Shown here piece by piece: positions 1-7,720 of a stretch of 64,000 nt of DNA. The notes under the pieces are model-generated. The model saw nothing but the letters and a program-made list of their open reading frames with translations. It made no database searches and was not told the origin of the DNA. The DNA is taken from NCBI GenBank assembly GCA_965214705.1, contig CBDCCI010000002.1, forward strand, positions 800,001 to 864,000, given 5' to 3'. The DNA comes from Alphaproteobacteria bacterium. GTDB lineage: Bacteria; Pseudomonadota; Alphaproteobacteria; UBA828. Positions within the stretch are counted from its first letter, which is position 1, and every line of letters begins with the position of its first letter. A program made the translations under genes and the position numbers.

Positions 1-2
1 AT

Positions 3-623
3 GCGCTGCCGTTCTCGGTGGATGCGAACCGCTCGATCTTCGTGCCCATCACCACCGTGCGCCGCACCGAGCCCGAGGCGCAGATCGAGCTGATCATCGC
101 CCGCGCGGCGCCGGGCGTGCACTACGCCGATGCCACGCGCGACGTGCAGGCCTACTTCGCTAAGCGCGCCAGGGGGCTCGAGCTCGAGGTCGTCAGCGCC
201 GAGCAGCTCATCGAGCAGATGGAATCGCAGCTCGGGCTGATGACCCTGCTGCTGGCCGCCGTCGGCTGCGTCAGCCTGATCGTCGGCGGCATCGGGGTGA
301 TGAACATCATGCTGATCTCGGTGGCCGAGCGGCGCCGCGAGATCGGTGTCCGCCGAGCGCTCGGCGCGAACCGCGGTGACATCCAGCGCCAATTCCTGAT
401 CGAAGCCCTGATCCTGACCCTCGGCGGCGGCATCGCCGGGGTGATCGCCGGCACCGGCGCGGCTTACGGGATCGCCCACATTTACGCCTGGGAGTTCTTC
501 ATCTCCCCGGCCTCGATCGTCGTCGGCGTCGGCGTCTCTACGGCAGTCGGAATCTTCTTCGGCTTCCAGCCCGCCTATCAGGCCTCCCGCCTCGACCCCA
601 TCGTTGCCCTGCAGGGGGAATAG
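3..623 (+). CDS. ABC transporter permease, MacB/FtsX family (C-terminal part; 5' end lies outside the window)
   Basis: Frame is open from position 3. It has the FtsX-domain signature VGGIGVMNIMLISVAERRREIGVRRALGA and the C-terminal GFQPAYQASRLDPIVAL. Confidence 0.9.
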   Translation, partial: ALPFSVDANRSIFVPITTVRRTEPEAQIELIIARAAPGVHYADATRDVQAYFAKRARGLELEVVSAEQLIEQMESQLGLMTLLLAAVGCVSLIVGGIGVMNIMLISVAERRREIGVRRALGANRGDIQRQFLIEALILTLGGGIAGVIAGTGAAYGIAHIYAWEFFISPASIVVGVGVSTAVGIFFGFQPAYQASRLDPIVALQGE

Positions 624-647
624 TTTGGGCGCACGCACCGAGCAGCG

Positions 648-2231
648 GTGACGCACCCAACCACCCGCGCGGCCGATGCCATGACAGGTGCATTCGGCCG
701 CATCCGCACTCTCGCCGCCCGGCCGGTCTCCGGCCAGTCTCTCGCCGTCTTCCGCATCGCCTTCGGCCTGCTGATGCTCAACGACGTCGTGCACCTGCTG
801 AGGCACGACTGGCTCACGGGCTTCTATATCGACCGCGCCATCCTGTTCCCCTACTACGGGCTGGAGGTGCCGGCGCTGCCGGCCCCCTGGCTGCACCTGC
901 TGTGGGGCCTCTGCGGACTCTGCTGCGTGGCAGTGGCGCTCGGCGCCTTCTACCGGATCGCGATCTGGGGCTTCAACGCGATCTTCATCTACGTCTTCCT
1001 GCTCGATCAGCTGCTCTACCTCAACCACTTCTACATGATCGCGCTCTTCGGGCTGCTGCTGGGCTGCACCGACGCGCATCGCTGCTGGTCGGTGGACCGC
1101 AGGCTCGGGCGCATCGGCGGCACGACGAAGGTGCCGCTCTGGAACCTGTTCATCCTTCAGTTCCAGGTGGAGGTGATCCTGATCTTCGCCGGCCTCGTGA
1201 AGATCGAGATCGACTGGCTGCGGGGTGAGCCGCTCAGGACCTGGATGCTGGAGCGCCCGTGGTCGCCCTTGTCTTCCCTGTTCGAGGTGCACTGGATCAC
1301 GCTCGCGGCGCCCGTGCTGATCATCCTGCTCCACACCGTGGGCGCGCCGCTGCTGCTCTGGTCGAAGACCCGGCTCTGGGTGTTCCTGCTCTATTGCGCC
1401 TTCCACGTGACCAATGCCCATCTGTTCAACATCGGCGTCTTCCCATGGATGACGATCGCGGCCACGACGATCCTGTTCTCTCCGGAATGGCCCACCGTCC
1501 TCGGCAGGCGGATCGGCGCCTTCCTGACGTGGCTCCGGCTGCCACGGCCGCCCGTGCCGGCGTGGATCGGCCACACGGTACGGATCGTCGGCGGCAGGCC
1601 GGCGGCTGGTGAGGGAGGGCACGCCGCCTTCCGGCCCCTGCACCCGGCGGCGCTTGCGGCGCTCGTCCTCTACGCCCTGGTTCAGGTCTGGCTGCCGGTC
1701 CGCGACACCCTCTTCGAGGGATACGTGGGATGGACGGAAGAGGGCCAAAAATTCTCGTGGCGCATGATGCTCTACGTCCACGGCGCGGACGGGCGCCTCA
1801 TCGCCGTCACGCCGGAGGGCGAGGCCTGGGTCATCGACATGCCGGCGCACCTCGACCCCTTGCAGACCTGGATGGTGTTCGCCAAGCCGGAGATGCTGCT
1901 GCACTTCGCTCATCTGATGAAGGCGCACTACGCGGAGACCGACGTCGGCGAGGTGCGGATCTACGCCGACGTCGTCAAGAACGTGAACGGCCAGCCCTAT
2001 CGGCGCCTCATCGACCCTGACGTGGACCTCGCCGCCGTCGAAGGGATGAACTGGTTCGCAGACGACCCCTGGGTGCTCCGCCCCGAACGGATGCAGGCTG
2101 CCGAGGGTCTGGTCCCCGACTGGTATCCGCCCATCACTGCCGACCGCTTCGACGCCATGCTGGATGCGTTCGGGAATGCGGAGCCATCCCCGCAAAGCGG
2201 GACCGCCGCCGCCCGCAAGGCGCAGGAGTGA
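648..2231 (+). CDS. HTTM-domain protein, vitamin K-dependent gamma-glutamyl carboxylase-like
   Basis: Multi-TM 527 aa protein with SLAVFRIAFG, YLNHFY, FAGLVKIEIDWLRG, FHVTNAHLFNIGVFPW and WTEEGQKFSWRMML, which match conserved GGCX/HTTM blocks. The start may be the ATG at 681. Confidence 0.88.
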   Translation: MTHPTTRAADAMTGAFGRIRTLAARPVSGQSLAVFRIAFGLLMLNDVVHLLRHDWLTGFYIDRAILFPYYGLEVPALPAPWLHLLWGLCGLCCVAVALGAFYRIAIWGFNAIFIYVFLLDQLLYLNHFYMIALFGLLLGCTDAHRCWSVDRRLGRIGGTTKVPLWNLFILQFQVEVILIFAGLVKIEIDWLRGEPLRTWMLERPWSPLSSLFEVHWITLAAPVLIILLHTVGAPLLLWSKTRLWVFLLYCAFHVTNAHLFNIGVFPWMTIAATTILFSPEWPTVLGRRIGAFLTWLRLPRPPVPAWIGHTVRIVGGRPAAGEGGHAAFRPLHPAALAALVLYALVQVWLPVRDTLFEGYVGWTEEGQKFSWRMMLYVHGADGRLIAVTPEGEAWVIDMPAHLDPLQTWMVFAKPEMLLHFAHLMKAHYAETDVGEVRIYADVVKNVNGQPYRRLIDPDVDLAAVEGMNWFADDPWVLRPERMQAAEGLVPDWYPPITADRFDAMLDAFGNAEPSPQSGTAAARKAQE

Positions 2232-2246
2232 TCCGATGGCGCGGCC

Positions 2247-2657
2247 TCAGTCCCGGAAGCGCGGCGTGCCCTTGACCAGCAACGCCGCGCGCCGGAGCCG
2301 GCGCAGCCAGGGGTAGACCGCGCGCACCCGTGCAGGGCTCGATGCGAACCAGCGCGCGAACGTGTTGAAGCGGCCGGGGCTGGCGGCCATCGCCTTGAGC
2401 GCGATCATCGCCGCGGCGCCGTGATAGTGCCGGCCGTCGAGTGCCAGGATCATCCCCTGCTCGAGATCGAAGCCGTCACGCCGCAGCCGGGCGACGAGGC
2501 CGGGCGCCTCCCTGCCGTCGATAAGCGTCAGAGGACGACCGGTGTGCGTCTCGAACCGGGACTTCGCGACATAGTAGCTGCAGAACGGGCATTCGCCGTC
2601 ATAGAGCAGGAAGGGGTCCGGCGGGCAGGTGGCTGCGGCGTCGTCCGTCTCGGCCAT
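2247..2657 (-). CDS. DCC1-like (DUF393) thiol-disulfide oxidoreductase family protein
   Basis: LLYDGECPFC (DxxCxxC) motif near the N-terminus and ...YHGAAA.... Start taken at MAETDD (ATG 2657). Confidence 0.85.
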   Translation of the reverse strand: MAETDDAAATCPPDPFLLYDGECPFCSYYVAKSRFETHTGRPLTLIDGREAPGLVARLRRDGFDLEQGMILALDGRHYHGAAAMIALKAMAASPGRFNTFARWFASSPARVRAVYPWLRRLRRAALLVKGTPRFRD

Positions 2658-2719
2658 CCGTAGGGTCACTCTGGCTTCCGCTCCCCGTTTCACCCGCGAA
2701 CAGTGTGCCAACCGAGCGT

Positions 2720-2874
2720 GGAGAACAATACGGCATGGTCAGGCCCTGGCCGTGAAGAAATTCTGCCCGCCGCAACGGGCTCACAATTTTCTCAAGCTTG
2801 TAACGCTTCCTTGCCATCGCCGGCCCTCCTCTTTCCATAACCCAAGGGTGGACCAATCCCATGGGGGAGGATCA
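2720..2874 (-). mobile_element. IS3-family remnant: left end plus start of transposase OrfA
   Basis: The minus strand begins TGATCCTCCCCCATGGGATTGGTCCACCC (IS3-type IRL). Then come RBS GAGGAG and MARKRYKLEKIVSPLRRAEFLHGQG, a typical IS3 OrfA N-terminus, which then breaks off. Confidence 0.7.
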
Positions 2875-3115
2875 CCCCGAACCAGGGCAGGATCTGGTTC
2901 CGGTAGTAGCCTTGGTTGACCCTGAGCACCGGGGGATTCCAGTGGCGGGCGTGGCGCCGGAAGACTTCATCGGCGACTATCTCGAACGGGGTGTCCAGCG
3001 GCGTCCCGGCCTCATCGTGGTTTCTGCTGCGGATCGATGCCAACAGGGTTCTGGCCCGGTCACGGGCCTCGTCCGCGCCGATGGACCCGGCCTGGCCAAC
3101 GATCTTCCAGAAGAG
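2875..3115 (-). pseudogene. Tyrosine recombinase/phage integrase N-terminal fragment
   Basis: Translates as FWKIVGQAGSIGADEARDRARTLLASIR...TPFEIVADEVFRRHARHWNPPVLRVNQGYYRNQILPWFG (arm-binding/SAM-like region). There is no catalytic domain, and it is cut exactly at the IS3 end. Confidence 0.65.
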
Positions 3116-3199
3116 GCTGTCGGGGAGAGGGTCCGGTTGAGGACCGATTCGGCGGCGGAACGGCGGGCGGCAGGTTGCGCTGAACGTCGTTCTTGTGTA

Positions 3200-3205
3200 T
3201 ATAAT
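3200..3205 (+). promoter_or_regulatory. Perfect -10 box (TATAAT) of hicAB, probably leaderless
   Basis: TATAAT at 3200-3205 in otherwise GC-rich DNA, ATG at 3211, no Shine-Dalgarno. Confidence 0.55.
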
Positions 3206-3210
3206 TGCGC

Positions 3211-3393
3211 ATGCTGCGCAGCAGCCGCGAGATCGTCAAGCGTCTCAAGGCCGAAGGCTTCGAGCTGGTGAGCGTCAAGGGCTCCCACCACAAGTTCAGA
3301 AAGGGCGAGATCACCGTGGTGGTGCCGCACCCGAAGAAGGACTTGCCGCTGGGCACGGCGCGGAGCATCGCATGGCGGGTCGGCTGGATCTGA
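3211..3393 (+). CDS. hicA: HicA family toxin (mRNA interferase)
   Basis: 60 aa basic protein, SREIVKRLKAEGFELVSVKGSHHKFRK...VVVPHPKKDLPLGTARSI. Confidence 0.93.
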   Translation: MLRSSREIVKRLKAEGFELVSVKGSHHKFRKGEITVVVPHPKKDLPLGTARSIAWRVGWI

Positions 3394-3403
3394 GGAGGCA
3401 GGC

Positions 3404-3793
3404 ATGCACTACGTGGCCGTCATCGACAAGGAACCCGGCAGCGCCTACGGGATCCAGTTCCCCGAGGTGCCGGGATGCTATTCGGCCGCCGATAGCTTCG
3501 AGGAAATCGTTCCCAATGCGATCGAGGCATTAAGCCTGTTCTTCGAGGACGGCGAGCCGGTGCCTCCGCGGGGCATGGAAGCGGTGCGTGATGAGGTTGC
3601 GGAAAGCACCGCGGAGGGTGCGGTCCTCATGATGATTCCGTACGTCCGGGACCGGAGAAGGGTCGTGCGGGTCAACCTGAGCCTGGAGAAGGGGTTCCTC
3701 GATACGCTGGACGAGGCGGCGAGGATGCGCGGGATGACGCGCTCGGCGTTCGTCCAGAAGGCCGCGACGCGGGAAATCATCGACCCGGCCTGA
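3404..3793 (+). CDS. hicB: HicB family antitoxin with C-terminal RHH domain
   Basis: YVAVIDKEPGSAYGIQFPEVPGCYSAAD and C-terminal RVNLSL...LDEAARMRGMTRSAF. RBS GAGGAGG; lies directly after hicA. Confidence 0.93.
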   Translation: MHYVAVIDKEPGSAYGIQFPEVPGCYSAADSFEEIVPNAIEALSLFFEDGEPVPPRGMEAVRDEVAESTAEGAVLMMIPYVRDRRRVVRVNLSLEKGFLDTLDEAARMRGMTRSAFVQKAATREIIDPA

Positions 3794-3829
3794 CGCGGGC
3801 ATGGGTGGTGGCGCCCGTCTCGGGTGCCT

Positions 3830-3960
3830 GCTTTGTCATCATCTCCAGGACCTCGTGGCGCTCCATGACCGGCCTCCCTCCGGCTGTCGTAGCGTTGGCA
3901 GTCGGCCACGGGCTGGTGGCGCAGCTGCAGGCCCTCGGGTGTCGGGATGGTCGCCGTCGT
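3830..3960 (-). mobile_element. IS21-family remnant (istA 3' end / istB 5' start)
   Basis: The minus strand gives TIPTPEGLQLRHQPVADCQRYDSRR (IstA C-terminus) followed by MERHEVLEMMTK (IstB N-terminus). Both are truncated. Confidence 0.65.
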
Positions 3961-4206
3961 CGCAGCTGGAGAGACGGGTTCGCAGGCGGCCGAGTGTGTC
4001 GGGCAGCCGCCGGCCGGATGCTTACTGTCCGAACGCAGGGTGATTTCGCGTCTGGCAAACTACTGGTAAACAATGGGATTCCACATTCGGTCGGCGAATG
4101 GCGATGTTTCCGAGCGCCACCGCACCTGCTGGTGATCTTCTCTGTCGATACGCCAGACCGACTTGACGTGAGGCGCGGCCGGAGAACGATGCGCCGGCGG
4201 GGGCGT

Positions 4207-5286
4207 TCAGGGAGGGCCGTCGCGGTAGCCGTAAGGGGCGGTCTCCGCCTCGCACGCCTGCCAGGTGCCGATGGTGCCGTTGGTGTCGAGGCTCCCCAGG
4301 CATACCGCCGCCACGGAGACCGCGAGTTCGAGGCCGCGCGGCACCGGCCACCCTTCGTGCAGGCCGTAGACGAGCCCGGCCGCGAAGGCGTCGCCTGCGC
4401 CGACCGCGCTCACGATGCGCGAATCGGGCCAGCGCACGGCCGCCTGCGCGTGTAGCGCGCCCTCCGTATCGACCGCGACCGCGCCCTCGGGGAAGTGGAT
4501 AGCTGCCACCTGCCGGACCCCCATCTCACGGAGCCGCCGGCACGCCCGCCCCGCTGCCTCCCAGTCGAGGACCCCCTCGGGGCGGATATCGATCTCCGTC
4601 ACCGCCTCGCCCTCCAGGTCGTTGATGACGATGCTGTCGAGCAGGGGAAGGCACGGCCGCACGATGGGGCGCAGGATGTCGCCCTCCAGGCTCGCCATCT
4701 CCATGTTCGTGCGGAAGCCGAGCGCGCGGGCGCGCGCCAGGACCCGCGTCCAGCCGTTGCCGCCGTCCGGATGCGGCCGGTCCAGGCGAGGGTGAAGCCC
4801 AGGGGCGCCCACGTGGAAGATGCGGGCGCGCGACGCGCCGGGGTCGGCGTGGCTCTCATCCAGCAGGTCGGCGGTTCCGCGGAAGAAGAAGAAGGTCCGA
4901 CGCCCGGTCGCCTGCGACGCCATGACCTCGACGTAGACCTGCGGCGCCTTGGCCGTGAGGGTCATCCCGTCCGCCGAGATGCCGTGCCGGGCGAGCGCGT
5001 CAAGCACCACCTGGCCGTTCTCGTCGTCGCCGACGAGGCCGTGGCACTCGACCCGCATGTCCGGATCGAGCCGGCGCAGGTTCGCCGCGATGTTGTAGCC
5101 CGGCCCGCCGGCCGCGAGATGGCGGTCGGCGATGAAGGTCGTCTGGTCCTCGGGCGGATAGTGCTCGATGGCGAGGTTGTGGTCGGTGATGAAGGACCCG
5201 AAGGTCAACACGCCGCTTCTTCGTTCCGCCATCCGTCGTGCCTCCGCCCTGCCTCCGGCTCCTTCCGGTCGTCTCGTGCCGCTCAA
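4207..5286 (-). CDS. PfkB/ribokinase family carbohydrate kinase
   Basis: AAGGPGYNIA, GLVGDDENG, VINDLE and SAVGAGDAFAAG motifs. Start is either TTG 5286 (overlapping the upstream stop) or ATG 5232. Confidence 0.9.
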   Translation of the reverse strand: MSGTRRPEGAGGRAEARRMAERRSGVLTFGSFITDHNLAIEHYPPEDQTTFIADRHLAAGGPGYNIAANLRRLDPDMRVECHGLVGDDENGQVVLDALARHGISADGMTLTAKAPQVYVEVMASQATGRRTFFFFRGTADLLDESHADPGASRARIFHVGAPGLHPRLDRPHPDGGNGWTRVLARARALGFRTNMEMASLEGDILRPIVRPCLPLLDSIVINDLEGEAVTEIDIRPEGVLDWEAAGRACRRLREMGVRQVAAIHFPEGAVAVDTEGALHAQAAVRWPDSRIVSAVGAGDAFAAGLVYGLHEGWPVPRGLELAVSVAAVCLGSLDTNGTIGTWQACEAETAPYGYRDGPP

Positions 5287-6278
5287 GCGCCGGGCAGGAG
5301 GGCCGGCTCGGTGATCCGCAGGTCCTCGTCGAGGGCGCGGGCCGGCACGAGGCCGTCCGCCCGGATCGCGGCGTGATACGCCTGGACGGCCTCCTCCGGC
5401 GACAGCTCTCCGTCAACCACCTGTCGCATGTGGCGGACCATCTCAAGCGGAGACTCCGCGAGCTTGATCTTGCGGCCGAAGAGGGCCACCCAGGCGCCGT
5501 CCCGCTGGGCGTCGCTAAGGAGCTGGAAGGTGTCTCGATTGGTCCCCGCCGCGCCGCCGAGGATTCCCACGACCAGCTCGGGGTCGTAGGAGCAGAGCTC
5601 GGTCATCGCGCGCGGGCCGTTGTAGGCGATCTTGAGGAAGCTGGGCCGCTCCGCTCGCGTCAGCCCCGCGAGGCAGCGGATGATGCAGTCCCCGACGTAG
5701 GCACCGGTCTCCTCCAGCGAGGCGAGGCCTGCGTCGACGTTGGGGTTGAACACCTCCAGGAAGTAGCGCATGCAGCAGCGCGCCGCGTCCTCGCGGAAGT
5801 CCGCGAACGCTTCGAGACTCCGCAGGTCGTCGTCCACGCTGTTGTTGAAGGTGATCGAGTAGAGACAGAGGTCGCACCCGAGGTCGCGCGCGCGGTTGAG
5901 CGGAGCGCTGCGGAACGGCCGCGACGGCGCGAGCGGGTAGGCGCCTCCCCGTACGCCCCAGATGTCCGTCGTGTCGTTGGCGCGTATGGCGGGGGTGACC
6001 GGCGAGCTCTCGAAGATTTCCTTCCCGAGCCGCTCAAGAGTCGAGGACGAGACGAGCATCACGTCGACGATTCCCTGATCGGTGATCGCCCGGATTTCGT
6101 CGAGGTATCCGGCGAGCGGCCGGACCGTGTCGAGCGGTCGCCCGTCCGTGCCGCGCTCCGGGCCGGGGGCGGGCCGCCCGCCACCCATGTCGGCGTCCTT
6201 GGCGTCCGCAATGATGAAGTCGGTCCTCGCACCGCTTCCCCGGAGGATTGCGCCGAGCTTTCGATCCAGTGTTTTCAT
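5283..6278 (-). CDS. Conserved protein, probable class I aldolase-like TIM barrel
   Basis: 331 aa from MKTLDRK (ATG 6278). It has DFIIADAKDADM, IRANDTTDIW, LYSITFNN, YFLEVFNPN, FLKIAY (candidate Schiff-base Lys), GILGG and ALFGRKI, and is coupled to the PfkB kinase. Confidence 0.6.
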   Translation of the reverse strand: MKTLDRKLGAILRGSGARTDFIIADAKDADMGGGRPAPGPERGTDGRPLDTVRPLAGYLDEIRAITDQGIVDVMLVSSSTLERLGKEIFESSPVTPAIRANDTTDIWGVRGGAYPLAPSRPFRSAPLNRARDLGCDLCLYSITFNNSVDDDLRSLEAFADFREDAARCCMRYFLEVFNPNVDAGLASLEETGAYVGDCIIRCLAGLTRAERPSFLKIAYNGPRAMTELCSYDPELVVGILGGAAGTNRDTFQLLSDAQRDGAWVALFGRKIKLAESPLEMVRHMRQVVDGELSPEEAVQAYHAAIRADGLVPARALDEDLRITEPALLPGA

Positions 6279-6425
6279 GCAGGTGGCCCCCCAGGGTCTT
6301 GTCGTCCGCCTCGTTCCGCGTCGCATCGACGGGCCGGATTCTCCGGATTCGCAAATCCTGGCGCAACCGAGCCGAAGGGCGCGATCGCGGAAGCGGCCTC
6401 TAGGCTTGCCTTGCGGCGGTCGGGA

Positions 6426-7307
6426 GTGACAAGATTCCGGGGCGCAGCAGGAAGGAGCCCTGCCATACTCTCGCGCCGTCGCTTTCTCGCAATCTCGGCC
6501 GCAGCGGCGCTGCTGCCCTCGGCGGCCCGCGCCGCCGCCGCGCCGCTGCCGATCTTCGACGCCCATATCCATTTCAGCCACGACGCAGCCAAGCGGTTAT
6601 CCGCCGGCGAAGCCGTCGCGATTCTGGAGACGGCGGGGCTGAAGCGAGCGCTGGTGTCGAGCTCGGGCGATGCCGGCACCCGCGCGCTCTACGCCGCCGC
6701 GCCGGACCTTGTCCTGCCCAGCCTGCGCCCCTACCGCCGGCGTGGTGAGATCAGCAGCTGGGTCGACGATCCGTCGGTGATCGACTTCCTCGAGGACCGT
6801 CTGACGCGCTTCAAGTGGGTCGCGGTGGGCGAATTCCACCTCTTCGCCGGGCAGACCGACAAGGCCGTGCCGCGCCGCATGATCGAGCTGGCACGGCAGC
6901 ACAATCTTCTCCTGCACGCCCATTCGGACGCCGGCGCGGTGGACGCGATCTTCGCGCAATGGCCGGAGGCGCGGGTGCTGTGGGCCCATGCCGGCTTCGT
7001 CGGCCCGGATACCGTCGGCCCGATGCTCGGGAAGCACGCGAAGCTCTGGACCGATCTGGCCTTCCGCAGCGAGCACGCCCATGGCGGCCTGGTCGACGAC
7101 GACTGGCGAGGCCTGTTCGCCGCCTTCCCGGACCGCGTCATGGTCGGCACCGACACCTTCACGCCCGAGCGCTGGCACTATGTCGTCCAGCACGCCGAAT
7201 GGTCCCGGCAATGGCTGGCCGACCTGCCGCCCGACCTCGCCGAGAAGATCGCCTGGCGCAACGGCGAGGCGATGGTCCGGCCGCACCTCGCAAACCTCCG
7301 AAAATAA
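6426..7307 (+). CDS. Tat-exported amidohydrolase (metal-dependent TIM barrel)
   Basis: Twin-arginine signal SRRRFLAISAAAALLPSAARA. Metal motifs DAHIH, GEFH, LHAHSD, AHAG, VGTD. Confidence 0.85.
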   Translation: MTRFRGAAGRSPAILSRRRFLAISAAAALLPSAARAAAAPLPIFDAHIHFSHDAAKRLSAGEAVAILETAGLKRALVSSSGDAGTRALYAAAPDLVLPSLRPYRRRGEISSWVDDPSVIDFLEDRLTRFKWVAVGEFHLFAGQTDKAVPRRMIELARQHNLLLHAHSDAGAVDAIFAQWPEARVLWAHAGFVGPDTVGPMLGKHAKLWTDLAFRSEHAHGGLVDDDWRGLFAAFPDRVMVGTDTFTPERWHYVVQHAEWSRQWLADLPPDLAEKIAWRNGEAMVRPHLANLRK

Positions 7308-7309
7308 CC

Positions 7310-7720
7310 GTGGCCCGGTGGCGCCTCGGCGGACCGGCGCTGGCGGCCGCACTAGCGCTCGTCCTCGCGGCCGGCCAGGCGGCGGCCTGCGACCGTCCGG
7401 AGGGCTGGACCGGCGGCACGAAAATCGCCGGCGAGCGATGGACGGCATGGTGGCGCTCGGAACCCGCCGCCATCCCGGTCGGCGCGCATTTTTCCGTCCG
7501 TTTTCATCTGTGCGGGCCGCCGGTCGACCGGGTCAAGGTGCGCGGCTGGATGCCGGACCATCGGCACGGCATGAACTATCGGCCCGGGGTGACTCTGGAC
7601 GGCCTGTCCGGAACGGCCGAGGGCCTGATGTTCCATATGCCGGGTCGCTGGCAGCTAATCCTGGATGTCCGCGGTAAGGCGGGCCGGGAGACGCTGATCG
7701 CCGAGACGGTGCTGGAGTGA
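7310..7720 (+). CDS. Secreted YtkA/FixH-like Ig-fold protein with His/Met motifs
   Basis: Signal peptide ending AAA-C. Motifs GWMPDHRHGMNYRP and GLMFHMPGRWQL. Stop overlaps the next start (GTGA). Confidence 0.7.
   Translation: MARWRLGGPALAAALALVLAAGQAAACDRPEGWTGGTKIAGERWTAWWRSEPAAIPVGAHFSVRFHLCGPPVDRVKVRGWMPDHRHGMNYRPGVTLDGLSGTAEGLMFHMPGRWQLILDVRGKAGRETLIAETVLE

Noticed and set aside
3805-4455. 216-aa plus-strand ORF
   Set aside because: It spans the IS21 debris and the antisense of the kinase, with no coherent protein features.
5238-6425. N-terminal extension of the 689-aa ORF
   Set aside because: Antisense to the aldolase-like gene. The Tat signal shows that the amidohydrolase starts near 6426.
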